Shown here piece by piece: positions 35,155 to 45,566 of a stretch of DNA of 64,000 bases. This stretch comes from a bacterium. GTDB taxonomy: Bacteria > Krumholzibacteriota > Krumholzibacteriia > JACNKJ01. Both the position numbers and the translations under genes were made by a program. A model generated the notes under the pieces. The model was not told where the DNA came from. It searched no databases and saw only the letters and a program-made list of their open reading frames with translations. The stretch's first letter is position 1, and the number at the start of each line of letters is the position of its first letter. The stretch lies in assembly GCA_024231955.1 (NCBI GenBank), contig JAAEPZ010000249.1, positions 10,127-74,126 of the forward strand, given 5' to 3'.

Positions 35155-35684
35155 ATCCATCCCTGGGAGTTCATTTCCTGGTGTTGGCGCTGGCCGGCAC
35201 CATGGCTCTCGGTATCTATAATGGGTATCGGGGCGGGTTGATCCGTGGCGGCTTCAAGGTGCTTGGTCTGATTGCGGGGCTGATGCTGGCTCGTCCGCTC
35301 GCCTGGACCCTCTATCCCTATCTGGAGTCGGTACTCGGCTTCCCGGGTTCCTGGTTCGTCCTGATCTTCCTCAGTTTTCTGGCGATAACCATCGCTTTCA
35401 GCGTCGTCGGCTTCCTGCTCTCCAAGGCGATTCACTGGACACCGCTGAAGTGGGTGGACAAGCTGGGTGGCGCAGCGCTCGGGCTGTTGATCGGCATCCT
35501 CGTCAACGGGCTGATTCTCAGCATGATGGAGCACACGGATCTGCTGGCCGACTACCTGCGGATCGCCCATGGTTGGGAGCGCCATTTTCTCCGTGTGATA
35601 GTCGATATTACCCCCGATGTTTTCGACAAGATACGGCCGATCATCGATGAGGTCCGCCATACAATACCCAAGGACGTCATTTGA
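35151..35684 (+). CDS. cvpA: CvpA family membrane protein
   Basis: Four hydrophobic segments. The YNGYRGGLIRGGFKVLGLIAG pattern is typical of Colicin_V family proteins. ATGA overlap with yqeY. Confidence 0.75.
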   Translation: MNPSLGVHFLVLALAGTMALGIYNGYRGGLIRGGFKVLGLIAGLMLARPLAWTLYPYLESVLGFPGSWFVLIFLSFLAITIAFSVVGFLLSKAIHWTPLKWVDKLGGAALGLLIGILVNGLILSMMEHTDLLADYLRIAHGWERHFLRVIVDITPDVFDKIRPIIDEVRHTIPKDVI

Positions 35685-38089
35685 TGCCCTGGCACTCCAC
35701 TGAAGGCGCATTGGTTTACGGCCGCTCGGCCGCCGTGCTTGATTTCCCCGAGTATCTCGAGGAGGTTGCGCGGTACGCCCATTTCGAGCGGAGTGCCTGT
35801 TGCCTGCGTGAGCTGGTCCCCGTGGCGACCCCTGCGCTGGTGGAGGAGAGACGGCGGCGCGTTGCCGCCTGGTTGCGCCTGTTTCAGGACAATGTGTCCC
35901 CCGATCTGGGCGGACTGCGTGATCTCGGCGCAGGGCTGGAGCGAAGCAAGATCCCCGGTGCGATCCTCGGCGGCGAGGAGTTGCACGAGGTTGGCGTAAC
36001 TTTGCGGGGGATCGGCCGGTTCGCCGACTTCCTCGCGGTCAATCGTGAAGCGGCTCCCGTTCTTCAGGCCGACTGGGGGACACCTGTCGATCTCGGTCCA
36101 CTCGCCTCCGAGATTGAGCGTTGCATCGATGAGGAGGGGGAGATCCGGGATACCGCCAGCCCCCGACTGCGGCGTATCCGGGCCCAGATCAAGGAATCGC
36201 GCGACAATGTGCGCTCCACGCTCGATGGCATCATCCGTCGGGATCTCGACGGGAGCCCGAAGGATATCCGGCCCCGTATCCGTTCCGGTCGCCTGGTATT
36301 GCCGGTTAAACGGGAGCAGCGTTCGCTGTTGCCCGGGATCATCCACGACGAGTCCGGTACCGGTCGCACGCTGTTTGTCGAACCGCTGGCCACCGTTGAA
36401 TTGAACAACCGTGTCACCTCCCTACTGACCGAGCAGGGGGAGGAGGAGGCGCGGATACTGATGGATCTCACCTGGCGCACCGGCGAGTGGAGCGACGAGA
36501 TCCGTCACCGGCTTGACGCCTTTCACACCCTGGACATCTCCCTGGCGGTGGCCCGAGCGCATGCGAACGTGGATCACTGCTGGGCGGAATGGGCCGACAA
36601 CGGCGCTCTGCAGGTCAATGAGGCGCGGCATCCGCTGCTCGCCCGCTACCTGCCCACGGGGTGCGATCTGGTGCCTCTCACCCTGGGATTGCCCGAGGAT
36701 ATCCGCCTCTTCCTCGTCACAGGTCCCAACACCGGCGGCAAGACCGTACTGCTGAAAACCCTGGGTCTGATGGTCCTCAAGAATCAGTGCGGCTTTCCGC
36801 TGTCGGCCGGAGAGGGGTCATATCTCCCCTGCTACCGCAAGCTCTTCGTGGATATCGGCGATGAGCAGTCCATTCACGATTCGCAGTCCACCTTCAGCGC
36901 GCATCTGGGGCATCTGACCGAAATGGTCGAGGAGTGCGACGAAGACACCCTGATTCTCGTGGACGAGATCGGTGACGGCACCGATCCCCAGGAGGGGGCG
37001 GCGCTGGCCCAGGCGGCCATGAGCCACTGGATCGACCGCGGCGCCACCGCCATCATCAGCACCCATTTCGGTGTGCTCAAGGGCTTTGCCCAGGAGACTC
37101 CCGGTGCGGTCAACGCCTCGATGGACTTCGATCCCGTCAAACGCTGCCCGCTATACACTCTGCGCTTCGGCGTGCCCGGCAGCAGTCGGGCGCTGGCGAC
37201 TGCCCGGCGTCTGGGCATGGATACCACCGTGCTGGCCGAGGCGGAGCGCCTGATCGGCGAGGATGCCCTCAATCTCGAAAGCCTGCTGGAGCGGCTGGAG
37301 CGGGAGACCCGAGCCGCCTGTGTCGCTCGCGAGGAGGGGGAGAAGCTCCGCCTCAACTATAAGGATCTGGAGAGTCAATACGCCGAGCGGATGGCCGGCG
37401 TCAAGCGTGAGGTGAAGGAGATCCGTGAGAATGCCCGACGTGAGGGGGAGGATTTTCTGATCGAGGCGCGTCGGGAGATTGAGAATGTCGTGCGGGAGCT
37501 GCGGGAGAATCAGGCCCAGCGCGATACCATCCTGGACGGTCGTCAGCGACTGGCGCACCTGGAGAAGAATCTGGACAAGTTCGTCCCCCAACCGAACAAG
37601 GCGGGCGTACCGCTGAGTGATTGGCGGGTTGGGGATATCGTCACCCTGCGCGGGAGCGGTCGCAAGGCCGAGATCCTGGATGAGGTCGGAGAGGGTCGTC
37701 TGCGGGTCGCTCTGGGCGAGATGGCCATGGTCGTCCCCAAAGCCGAGCTCATTCCGCACAAACCGGCGGCGGAGAGGGACAATCTCCACTCGCGTGGCCT
37801 GGGGGCGATGAGTCTGGAGGCGGAAGCGCCGGATTCCTATCGCCTGGATCTGCGGGGGATGACGGTGGAGGAGGCTCTGGAGGAGCTGGATATGTTCCTC
37901 GACGGCGCGTCGCTGGGATCATTTCAGTTCGTGGAGATCATTCACGGTAAAGGGACCGGAGCGTTGAGGCGCGCCGTAACCGATTACCTGAGCAGGGACA
38001 GGCGTGTAAACAACTCCCGTCTGGCGGACCAGAACCAGGGCGGCAGCGGTGCGACCGTTGCCACACTCCGCAGCGGTCGGGGGGTGTGA
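35681..38089 (+). CDS. mutS2: endonuclease MutS2
   Basis: Walker A TGPNTGGKTVLLKTLG, DEIGDGTDPQEGAAL, and a C-terminal Smr domain (LDLRGMTVEEAL...IIHGKGTGALRRAV). Confidence 0.95.
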   Translation: MMPWHSTEGALVYGRSAAVLDFPEYLEEVARYAHFERSACCLRELVPVATPALVEERRRRVAAWLRLFQDNVSPDLGGLRDLGAGLERSKIPGAILGGEELHEVGVTLRGIGRFADFLAVNREAAPVLQADWGTPVDLGPLASEIERCIDEEGEIRDTASPRLRRIRAQIKESRDNVRSTLDGIIRRDLDGSPKDIRPRIRSGRLVLPVKREQRSLLPGIIHDESGTGRTLFVEPLATVELNNRVTSLLTEQGEEEARILMDLTWRTGEWSDEIRHRLDAFHTLDISLAVARAHANVDHCWAEWADNGALQVNEARHPLLARYLPTGCDLVPLTLGLPEDIRLFLVTGPNTGGKTVLLKTLGLMVLKNQCGFPLSAGEGSYLPCYRKLFVDIGDEQSIHDSQSTFSAHLGHLTEMVEECDEDTLILVDEIGDGTDPQEGAALAQAAMSHWIDRGATAIISTHFGVLKGFAQETPGAVNASMDFDPVKRCPLYTLRFGVPGSSRALATARRLGMDTTVLAEAERLIGEDALNLESLLERLERETRAACVAREEGEKLRLNYKDLESQYAERMAGVKREVKEIRENARREGEDFLIEARREIENVVRELRENQAQRDTILDGRQRLAHLEKNLDKFVPQPNKAGVPLSDWRVGDIVTLRGSGRKAEILDEVGEGRLRVALGEMAMVVPKAELIPHKPAAERDNLHSRGLGAMSLEAEAPDSYRLDLRGMTVEEALEELDMFLDGASLGSFQFVEIIHGKGTGALRRAVTDYLSRDRRVNNSRLADQNQGGSGATVATLRSGRGV

Positions 38090-39912
38090 TGACGGCAACC
38101 CGGGAGAATTTTTCCGATTTCAAGGAGACCGTTCGCTCCGCAACCGATGTTGTCGAACTGGTCGGGCAATACCTGCGTCTCAAAAGAACCGGGAGCAATT
38201 GGCAGGGGCTTTGCCCCTTCCATAACGAGAAGACCCCCAGCTTTAATGTCAATCAGGAGCGGCAAAACTACTACTGTTTCGGTTGCCATAAGGGTGGCGA
38301 TGTCTTTTCTTTTGTCATGGAGCAGGAGGGGCTCGAGTTCAGGGAGGCCCTTGAGTTTCTGGCCAAGCGGGCCGGCATCGCGATGCCGAAGTCCTATCCG
38401 CGGAGCGGAGAGCGAAGTCGCCAGGAGCTGTTCTACAGGATCAACGAGGCCAGCGCCGAGTTTTACCACAAGCTTTTGACCCGCTCCCCCCAGGGTAAGA
38501 TCGCCCTGGAGTATCTACACAAACGTGGCATCAGTGATCAGAGTATCGAGGATTTCCAGCTCGGTTTCGCGGTTCAGAGCTGGCGGCAGCTATACGAATT
38601 CCTGAGCAAGAGCGACTTCCCGGCGGACAAGTGCGTCGAAGCCGGGTTGATTCGGCGCAAATCTTCTGGTCCTGGCTATTATGACAGTTTCAGGAATCGC
38701 ATCATTTTCCCTGTCCGATCTGTCGCGGGCCGGGTGCTGGGTTTCGGCGCCAGGGTGATGGACGATTCACTGCCCAAGTACATCAATTCGATCGACAGCC
38801 CGGTCTACACCAAAAAACGGATCCTCTACGGGCTCGACCGGGCCTGGCGGGAGATTCGCAGGGAGAAAGAGGCGCTGCTCGTCGAGGGCTACTTCGATGT
38901 CATCAGCCTCACCCAGTCGGGGATCCCCCTGGCGGTGGCCGCCTGCGGCACCGCTTTCAGTGAGGAGCAGGCGAAACTGCTCGGCAGATACACGGAGCGG
39001 GTCTCCGTGGTCACCGATGGCGACGCCGCCGGGCAGAAAGCCGGCATCAAGGTGGCGGGCATCGTGCTCAAGTCCGGTGGACGCCCGAACATTGTGGGGC
39101 TGGACGCCGATGAGGATCCCGACTCGCTCATCCGCAAGGAGGGGCTGGAGGCTTTTCAGGCGCGGATCCGGGATGCGGCCGGTTATTTCGGCTACATGCG
39201 GGAGTTGGTGGCTGAACGGGGGGACAAGCCTGCATCCCGAGAGCGGGCAATCCGACGGATTCTGGAGGATCTGGCCTTTTTCCAGGATGGCGATCTCAGG
39301 CTCGAGAGCCTGCTGGCCGAACTGGCCGACACATTTGGCGTGGAGATCCGGGTGCTGAAGCGTGCGCTCGGGGAGACCCGTCGCCCCGAAACCCGGCGCA
39401 GACCCGAGCAGAGCGAGGGGTCCCTGCCGGAGAAAGCGGCTGTCCGCGAGGACGATCGCGCCGAGTTGATAGAGAAGAGACTGTTGAGGGTCCTGCTCCA
39501 CGAGGGGGAGGACCGGGAGAAGCTGCTGAAATTGCTCCGTCCGGAATACTTCAGTGATCCGGTACGGGCCAGGCTATTCTCCAATCTCGTCGCACTGGGC
39601 CGTGTGCCCGGATCGCGGGAGCTGGGGGAGATCTTCCCCGACCCCGCGGCGACGGCGGCGATCAATGAATTGACCTTTCTCGAAATGCCGGGGCAGAGCA
39701 AGGATAACTGGGTGCAGGCGAGCGCCCTGCGGCTTAAGCTGAAAGCCTTGCTGGAGCTCAATCGGGATTTTCAGGGACGGGTACAGGCTATGGAGCTGGC
39801 GGGCGAACCGGTTCCAGCCGATTTACTGGGCGAATGGCGACATGTGGGCGAGGCGATCCGCTCGCTGCGCGCTGAAATCGACCAGGTACTAGAGAAGCAG
39901 AAAGGGTCCTAG
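38086..39912 (+). CDS. dnaG: DNA primase
   Basis: Zinc-binding CPFHNEKTPSFNVNQERQNYYCFGCHKGGDVFSF and a TOPRIM domain (EGYFDVISL...VVTDGDAAGQKA). Confidence 0.96.
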   Translation: MMTATRENFSDFKETVRSATDVVELVGQYLRLKRTGSNWQGLCPFHNEKTPSFNVNQERQNYYCFGCHKGGDVFSFVMEQEGLEFREALEFLAKRAGIAMPKSYPRSGERSRQELFYRINEASAEFYHKLLTRSPQGKIALEYLHKRGISDQSIEDFQLGFAVQSWRQLYEFLSKSDFPADKCVEAGLIRRKSSGPGYYDSFRNRIIFPVRSVAGRVLGFGARVMDDSLPKYINSIDSPVYTKKRILYGLDRAWREIRREKEALLVEGYFDVISLTQSGIPLAVAACGTAFSEEQAKLLGRYTERVSVVTDGDAAGQKAGIKVAGIVLKSGGRPNIVGLDADEDPDSLIRKEGLEAFQARIRDAAGYFGYMRELVAERGDKPASRERAIRRILEDLAFFQDGDLRLESLLAELADTFGVEIRVLKRALGETRRPETRRRPEQSEGSLPEKAAVREDDRAELIEKRLLRVLLHEGEDREKLLKLLRPEYFSDPVRARLFSNLVALGRVPGSRELGEIFPDPAATAAINELTFLEMPGQSKDNWVQASALRLKLKALLELNRDFQGRVQAMELAGEPVPADLLGEWRHVGEAIRSLRAEIDQVLEKQKGS

Positions 39913-39915
39913 CGC

Positions 39916-41670
39916 ATGAGCAAACCGAAAACGAGTCATATTATCGTTGCTCTGAAGAAGCTGGCCGAGAAAAATTCATACCTGCTCCACGATGACATCT
40001 ACGAGCAGTTTTCGGAGAACTTCGATATCGATGCGGTCGATATCGTCTACTCCCGATTGGCTGAACTGGGATTCGAGGTTTTCGACAACCACGACGAGGC
40101 CCAGACCAAACTGAAGGCGAGGGAGGCCCGCCAGAAGAAATTATCAGAGAAGATGACCCAGGCGGCCCAGGCCAATATCCGCTATGACGATCCGGTGCGG
40201 ATGTACCTGCGCGAGATGGGCAAGGTGCCTCTGCTTGATCGGGCGGGGGAGATCTCCATCGCCAAGCGGATCGAGGCCGGTAAACATCGGGTTGTCGAGG
40301 CGGTGTTCCTCTCGAGTTTCGCCAACCGTTTCATCGATGTCTGGGTCAAGGCGCTTGGAGACGGCTCAATGGCCGTTGAGGAGCTGATCCAGATCGACAC
40401 CGGCGGTTATCAGGATCATCACACGCCCCAACGTCAGAACAAGGGTCTGATTGTCCGTAATCTCAAGAAGGTCCGGAAGCTCAAGGAGGAGATCCAGGCC
40501 ACAACCGACAAACTGGCCCGGGCGACCAACGAACGGCAGGTCAAATCGGCGGAGAAGGCTCTGGCCCTGAGGCAGGAGCGCTGGAACGAATTGCTGCACA
40601 GCCTCAACCTGCAGCCGCAACACGTCGATGCGATGGTGGAGCTGCTGCGGGAGACCCACTCCGATTTCACCACCCTGACCAAGCAGATTTTCCACTACGA
40701 GAAGTTCCTGGGGATGACCTATGAGGAGTTGCGGGACACTCTCAAGAAGATGAAGGCCCGCTCGTGGGCGACCATCAAGGTGCGCGGCAAGGGCAAGTGG
40801 ACCTTCATCGCCCTGGAGGATCTTCGCAAGAAAGAGTTCTCGCTGATCAAACAGCTCAGGCTTCTGGAGAAGGAGCGTGGGATCGGCCATGAAGCGCTCG
40901 ATACGCTGATGGCCCGTGTCGAAACCAGCGAACGCAAGGGGCAGCAGGCGAAGCGGGAGATGATCGAGGCCAACGTGCGGCTGGTGATCTCCATCGCCAA
41001 GAGATATACGAATCGTGGTCTCGAATTTCTGGATCTTATCCAGGAGGGCAACGGCGGTCTGATGCGGGCGGTGGACAAGTTCGACTACCGCAAGGGGTAC
41101 AAATTCTCCACCTACGGCACCTGGTGGATCCGGCAGGCGATTACCAGAGCCATCGCCGATCAGGCGCGGACGATCCGCGTGCCGGTGCACATGATCGAGG
41201 CGATCAACAAGGTCAGCCGCGCCAGCCGCAAACTGATCCAGGAGTATGGACGCGAACCGACAGCCGAAGAGGTCGCCCGGTTCCTGAACTTCCCCGTGGA
41301 GAAGGTGAAGGGTGTGATGAAGGCCAGCATGGAGCCCATCAGCCTGGATCGACCTATCGGCGAAGATGAGGACAGCAATCTCGGTGATTTCATCGAGGAT
41401 ATGCATGCCGACAGCCCGGCGACGAGCGCGGCGCACTCGATGCTCACCGACCAGTTGCACAAGGTGCTCTCCACGCTCACCCGGCGTGAGGAGAAGGTGA
41501 TTCGCCTGCGGTTCGGTCTGGGCGACGGCACTCCGCGCACGCTGGAGGAGGTCGGGACGATCTTCCAGGTCACCCGCGAGCGTGTCCGGCAGATCGAAGC
41601 CAAGGCCATCCGCAAGCTGCAGCACCCGAGTCGCGCCCGGAAACTCAAGGGGTATGTCGATAATTACTAG
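39916..41670 (+). CDS. rpoD: primary RNA polymerase sigma factor
   Basis: [11 protein letters not shown], region 2 ([52 protein letters not shown]) and region 4 ([30 protein letters not shown]). Confidence 0.98.
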   Translation: MSKPKTSHIIVALKKLAEKNSYLLHDDIYEQFSENFDIDAVDIVYSRLAELGFEVFDNHDEAQTKLKAREARQKKLSEKMTQAAQANIRYDDPVRMYLREMGKVPLLDRAGEISIAKRIEAGKHRVVEAVFLSSFANRFIDVWVKALGDGSMAVEELIQIDTGGYQDHHTPQRQNKGLIVRNLKKVRKLKEEIQATTDKLARATNERQVKSAEKALALRQERWNELLHSLNLQPQHVDAMVELLRETHSDFTTLTKQIFHYEKFLGMTYEELRDTLKKMKARSWATIKVRGKGKWTFIALEDLRKKEFSLIKQLRLLEKERGIGHEALDTLMARVETSERKGQQAKREMIEANVRLVISIAKRYTNRGLEFLDLIQEGNGGLMRAVDKFDYRKGYKFSTYGTWWIRQAITRAIADQARTIRVPVHMIEAINKVSRASRKLIQEYGREPTAEEVARFLNFPVEKVKGVMKASMEPISLDRPIGEDEDSNLGDFIEDMHADSPATSAAHSMLTDQLHKVLSTLTRREEKVIRLRFGLGDGTPRTLEEVGTIFQVTRERVRQIEAKAIRKLQHPSRARKLKGYVDNY

Positions 41671-41689
41671 CGGATTGTCTCGGATATCG

Positions 41690-41730
41690 AACAGGCCACC
41701 GCTGCGCAGGCGGTGGCCTGTTCCGTTTGA
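41690..41730 (+). terminator. intrinsic terminator after rpoD
   Basis: AACAGGCCACCGC-TGCGCAG-GCGGTGGCCTGTT followed by CCGTTTGAGG. Confidence 0.6.
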
Positions 41731-41890
41731 GGTAGATGACCCTGACGTGATGCAGCGCGGTCGGTGACGCTGGAGAATGGTGGCTGGAGGTCCAATTGAC
41801 CGGCCGGCTGCCGTCTTCGCCGGGGATAATGCCCTCCCGAACTTTTTCCGGGTTGACTAACTGCCCAAAGCGCAATAGCCTGTGTCGCGC

Positions 41891-41964
41891 GGGCCCATAG
41901 CTCAGTTGGTTAGAGCAAGCGACTCATAATCGTTTGGTCCCAGGTTCAAGTCCTGGTGGGCCCA
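41891..41964 (+). tRNA. tRNA-Ile2 (CAT, lysidine-modified type)
   Basis: GGGCCCATAGCTCAGTTGGTTAGAGCAAGCGACTCATAATCGTTTGGTCCCAGGTTCAAGTCCTGGTGGGCCCA. The anticodon arm and variable region closely resemble E. coli ileX rather than an elongator or initiator Met tRNA. Confidence 0.75.
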
Positions 41965-41973
41965 CCTGATATA

Positions 41974-41995
41974 GCCGCAACGTGCGGTTTTTTTG
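41974..41995 (+). terminator. short terminator after tRNA-Ile2
   Basis: CCGCA-ACG-TGCGG followed by TTTTTTT. Confidence 0.5.
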
Positions 41996-42024
41996 CATCC
42001 TGAAGCGGGAGCTTTCGGCTGGAG

Positions 42025-42768
42025 TTGAGCTTCGGACGGAAGCTCTTTCAGGTTTGGTGCGATTTGAAAGATAACGAGCTGTACATCGATCTATACCATG
42101 AAGATCGCAAGGTGGTTTTCCTTGAGCGTCGTCTCAAGGAGATTCCGATTGCCCTTAAGGAACTCGTCTCCGATGGCGGCAGAGCACTTGATGCCAAAGA
42201 GGCGCGGCGGGCCGAGATCGCCGAACTGGAGGCCTCCGCCAGGCGGCAGGAGCGGGAGCTGGAGCTTCAGCGCACCCAACTCGAACGGCTCACCAAGAGG
42301 CAAAAGCAGGTGACGAGTGTCGAGGCCATGGAGGCCGGCGAGCGGGATATCTCCCGACTGGCCGAGTCGATCGAGGAGATTGAGCTTGATGTCCTCGGGA
42401 AACTCGAATCGCTGGAGGTGATGGCGCGTCAGGATCAGCTGCGTCAACCCGGTGAGGAGAGCGACAGCGAGGATCTCGGCAGGGAGAGCCGCGATCTCAA
42501 GCAGGAGCTGCAGGAGTGCGAACGGGAGCTGGTTGCGGCAAACGCTGCGCGTGATCAATTGATCAATCAGCTCGGCGAGCGGGAATGTCGTCGATACCAA
42601 CGATTCTTCAAGGGGTTCGGGAACACTGTCCTGGCCGCCTTGAACCACGAGGCCTGCGGTTTCTGCGGCGAGAAAATGCCGCCCCAGCAGGCTATGGATG
42701 TCCGCACGGGTGGGGCGATTGCCTCGTGTCAGGGATGCGGACGCCTCGTCATACAGGTGAAGGAATGA
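42025..42768 (+). CDS. coiled-coil protein with C-terminal C4 zinc ribbon (COG1579 / DUF164-like)
   Basis: TTG start. Long E/R/L-rich coiled coil, ending in EACGFCGEKMP...ASCQGCGRLV. Confidence 0.7.
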   Translation: MSFGRKLFQVWCDLKDNELYIDLYHEDRKVVFLERRLKEIPIALKELVSDGGRALDAKEARRAEIAELEASARRQERELELQRTQLERLTKRQKQVTSVEAMEAGERDISRLAESIEEIELDVLGKLESLEVMARQDQLRQPGEESDSEDLGRESRDLKQELQECERELVAANAARDQLINQLGERECRRYQRFFKGFGNTVLAALNHEACGFCGEKMPPQQAMDVRTGGAIASCQGCGRLVIQVKE

Positions 42769-43400
42769 CCAGGAACAGTATCACCGAACTGCTGATATTC
42801 CTCCGTTCCGAAGCGGGGGCGGGGCTGGATCTGAGCGCTCCGAAGAGGGTCGAACTTCTCGACTGGCTCACCGCGCAGCGGGATGCTCTGTCCGAGAAGC
42901 GAAGTGCCGCCAAGCCGAAGGCGGCGTCCGGCAAAGCCGCAACTCCACGTGCCGCCGCTTCAACTGACAGGGCGAGGAGCCGCACGGGGAGCCCCCCGGC
43001 AGGCGCCTGCGCTTTGCTCCATTGCGATGGAGCCAGCCGCGGCAACCCCGGCCCGGCATCGGCGGGCTTCGTGATCTACCTCGACGGCGAGGAGATCTAC
43101 GGCAAGGGGGAGCCCCTGGGTCGGATGACCAATAACCAGGCCGAATACAATGCGCTGCTGCTGGGGCTTGAGGCCGTCAAACAGCTCGGTTTCCGGAAGA
43201 TTGAAGTGGCTCTGGACAGCGAGCTGATCGTCCGGCAGATCGAGGGCCGCTACAAGGTGAAGAACCAGGCGCTCAAGCCGCTCTTCGAAAAGGCGCGGTT
43301 GGCTCTGTACGGATTCGAATCCTGGCGGATCAGGCATGTGCCGCGTAAAGACAATGCCGCCGCCGACGCGCTTGCGAATGAAGCGCTGGACGCTCTATAA
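42765..43400 (+). CDS. rnhA: ribonuclease HI family protein with ~90-aa N-terminal extension
   Basis: ATGA overlap with the previous gene. The RNase H fold has LHCDGASRGNPGPASAGFVI, NNQAEYNALLLGLE, LDSELIVRQIEG and VPRKDNAAADALANEA. Confidence 0.85.
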   Translation: MTRNSITELLIFLRSEAGAGLDLSAPKRVELLDWLTAQRDALSEKRSAAKPKAASGKAATPRAAASTDRARSRTGSPPAGACALLHCDGASRGNPGPASAGFVIYLDGEEIYGKGEPLGRMTNNQAEYNALLLGLEAVKQLGFRKIEVALDSELIVRQIEGRYKVKNQALKPLFEKARLALYGFESWRIRHVPRKDNAAADALANEALDAL

Positions 43401-43401
43401 T
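43372..43401 (+). promoter_or_regulatory. putative rnpB promoter embedded in the rnhA 3-prime end
   Basis: TTGCGA-N18-TATAAT. The -10 box contains the rnhA stop codon and ends 6 nt before the predicted rnpB 5-prime end. Confidence 0.5.
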
Positions 43402-43407
43402 CGTTTT

Positions 43408-43772
43408 GGAAGTGGACCGGGTGGCCGCGGGCTTCGGTCCGAGGAAAGTCCGGGCTCCACAGGGCAGGGTGCTGGGTAACTCCCAGGGGAAGTGATTCCA
43501 CGGAAAGTGCCACAGAAAATATACCGCCTGCTGCAGCCTCGGCTGCAGTCGGTAAGGGTGAAAAGGTGAGGTAAGAGCTCACCGGGGGCTCGGTGACGAG
43601 CGCCGCATGGTAAACCCCACCCGGAGCAAGATCAAGCAGGGGAGACGAGGTGGCCCGCCTCAACCATCCCCGGGTAGATCGCTCGAGGCCGTCGGTAACG
43701 GCGGCCCTAGAGAAATGGTCATCACCCTCCTCTCGGGGAGGGTTACAGAACCCGGCTTACAGGTCCGCTTCC
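43408..43772 (+). ncRNA. rnpB: RNase P RNA, bacterial type A
   Basis: GGAAGTGGACC...GAGGAAAGTCCGGGCTCCACAGGGCAGGGTGCTGGGTAACTCCCAG...GGTAAGGGTGAAAAGGTGAGGTAAGAGCTCACC...GTAAACCCCACCCGGAGCAAG...ACAGAACCCGGCTTACAGGTCCGCTTCC. This aligns block-by-block with E. coli M1 RNA, and the P1 ends pair. Confidence 0.92.
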
Positions 43773-43802
43773 ATTATTATTCCAGATCCACCAGGAGGAT
43801 GT

Positions 43803-45566
43803 GTGTCCGTTGTCCCCACTCCGCGTTTGACATTGTCGCCTCGGCCGTCCGAGCGGGAGATCGCCCGTCTGGCTGATGAGTTGGAGCTGCATCCCGTCGC
43901 CGCCGCACTGGCCTGGCAACGGGGTCTGCGGGACCGCAACACCTGGCTGGCCTATTCCGATTCCGATCCGACCCATCAACATGATCCCCATCTGCTGCCG
44001 GACATGGATGCTGCCGTGGAGCGGCTCATCTTCGCCCGCGAACACGAGCAGCGTGTGTTGATCCATGGCGATTACGATGTCGATGGGCTCACCGGCGCCG
44101 CCGTCATGTTTCGAGCACTGCGCGATCTGGGCATGGATGCTCACGTTTTCGTGCCGCATCGCGAGAAGGATGGCTACGGCCTGTCGCGTCGCGCCCTGGA
44201 GAACGCCCTGAAGAACGGCTGCTCGCTGGTGGTTACGGTGGATTGCGGCTCCTCGGAGGGGCAGATCATAGAGGAGATGGCCCTGCTCGGCATGGAGACG
44301 ATCGTCACCGACCATCATCTTGCCACCGACCTGCCCGAAGCGTTGGCCTTCGTCAGCCCGATGCGCTCCGACAGCACCTACCCTTTCCCGAAACTGGCGG
44401 GGAGCACGATAGCCTACAAGCTCGCCCGGGCGCTCTACGAAGCGTTGGGGCGCACACCCGCGCCCGAACTCTGGCTGGACTATGTGGCTCTGGGCACGGT
44501 GGCCGATGTCATGCCCCTCACCGGTGAGAACCGCCTCCTGGTGCGGGCCGGGTTGATCGAATTGAGCAAGCGGATGACCTGTCGTCGCGGCACGAAGGCC
44601 GACCGCCATCCCGCCTGGCGCGCCCTGGCGGAGGTCGCGCGCATATCGCCGAGCGAACTGAATGCCCAGGATCTCGCTTTCCGTTTTGGTCCCCGACTCA
44701 ATGCCCCCGGCCGTATCGCCGGGGCCCGTCTCTCGCTGCAACTGCTGACCAGCGATGACCTCACCGAGATTCCCGATCTGGCCAGGGAGATCGAGAACTG
44801 CAATCTGGAGCGTCGACGGATCGAGGCGGGCATCACCGAGTCGGCTCTGGCGGCCGCGCAACGGCGCCTGGGACGGGGGGATAACCCCGGTGTGCTGGTG
44901 CTGATGGGTGAGGGCTGGCATCCCGGCGTGCTGGGCATCTCCGCCTCGCGGCTCCAGGAGACCTTCAACCTGCCTGTGCTGCTGGGTGGGGTGGATGCCC
45001 ACGGCGTGGTGCGCGGCTCAGGTCGCGCCGGCGAGGGACTCAATCTCAAGGAGCTTCTCGACGGAGCCGCCGAGTTCACCGATCGACATGGGGGGCATCA
45101 CCGGGCCGTGGGTTTCTCGCTTCAGGAGAGTAACTGGGATGCCTTCGCCGCGCGCGTCGAGGAGCTTGCGCCGCAGCCGAGAGAGGTCAAGCCGATGCTG
45201 GAGGCCGCTCTGGAGATCCGGGCTGAGGAGCTTGATCGGGATTGTCTGGATGCAGTGGAGCTGCTGGCCCCGTTTGGCGAGGAGAATCCTGAACCGATTT
45301 TCCTCATCACGGGGGTGATACCCCTGGGCACGCGGGTCATCAAGAAGATCCATCTGCGGCTCGAGTTCCAATCGCCCGCGGGCGGATCCTACAGCTGTAT
45401 CGCATTCGGACGCGCCGAGCAGATGCTGGCTCGCATCGAAACCGGCGTTGAAACCGATATCTGCGTGCGCCTGGCTCGCGACACGTTCCGCAAGCGTCCG
45501 GGTGAGCACGGCGTCTCCTTTCATCTCGTGGATTTTGCGCCGAGTGCGTGTCCGGGGGATACATGA
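43803..45566 (+). CDS. recJ: single-stranded-DNA-specific exonuclease RecJ
   Basis: The ORF is open from 43650, but that part overlaps rnpB. The in-frame GTG 43803 follows AGGAGG. DHH motifs are IHGDYDVDGLTGAAV, VTVDCG and IVTDHH, and there is a DHHA1 GGH motif. Confidence 0.88.
   Translation: MSVVPTPRLTLSPRPSEREIARLADELELHPVAAALAWQRGLRDRNTWLAYSDSDPTHQHDPHLLPDMDAAVERLIFAREHEQRVLIHGDYDVDGLTGAAVMFRALRDLGMDAHVFVPHREKDGYGLSRRALENALKNGCSLVVTVDCGSSEGQIIEEMALLGMETIVTDHHLATDLPEALAFVSPMRSDSTYPFPKLAGSTIAYKLARALYEALGRTPAPELWLDYVALGTVADVMPLTGENRLLVRAGLIELSKRMTCRRGTKADRHPAWRALAEVARISPSELNAQDLAFRFGPRLNAPGRIAGARLSLQLLTSDDLTEIPDLAREIENCNLERRRIEAGITESALAAAQRRLGRGDNPGVLVLMGEGWHPGVLGISASRLQETFNLPVLLGGVDAHGVVRGSGRAGEGLNLKELLDGAAEFTDRHGGHHRAVGFSLQESNWDAFAARVEELAPQPREVKPMLEAALEIRAEELDRDCLDAVELLAPFGEENPEPIFLITGVIPLGTRVIKKIHLRLEFQSPAGGSYSCIAFGRAEQMLARIETGVETDICVRLARDTFRKRPGEHGVSFHLVDFAPSACPGDT

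Noticed and set aside
40366-41625. 419-aa minus-strand ORF inside rpoD
   Set aside because: It is antisense to the primary sigma factor gene, and its composition is typical of a shadow ORF.
43250-43802. ORF 43250..43663 (minus) and the N-terminal 51 codons of ORF 43650..45566 (plus)
   Set aside because: Both lie on the RNase P RNA gene. recJ most plausibly starts at GTG 43803, right after AGGAGG.
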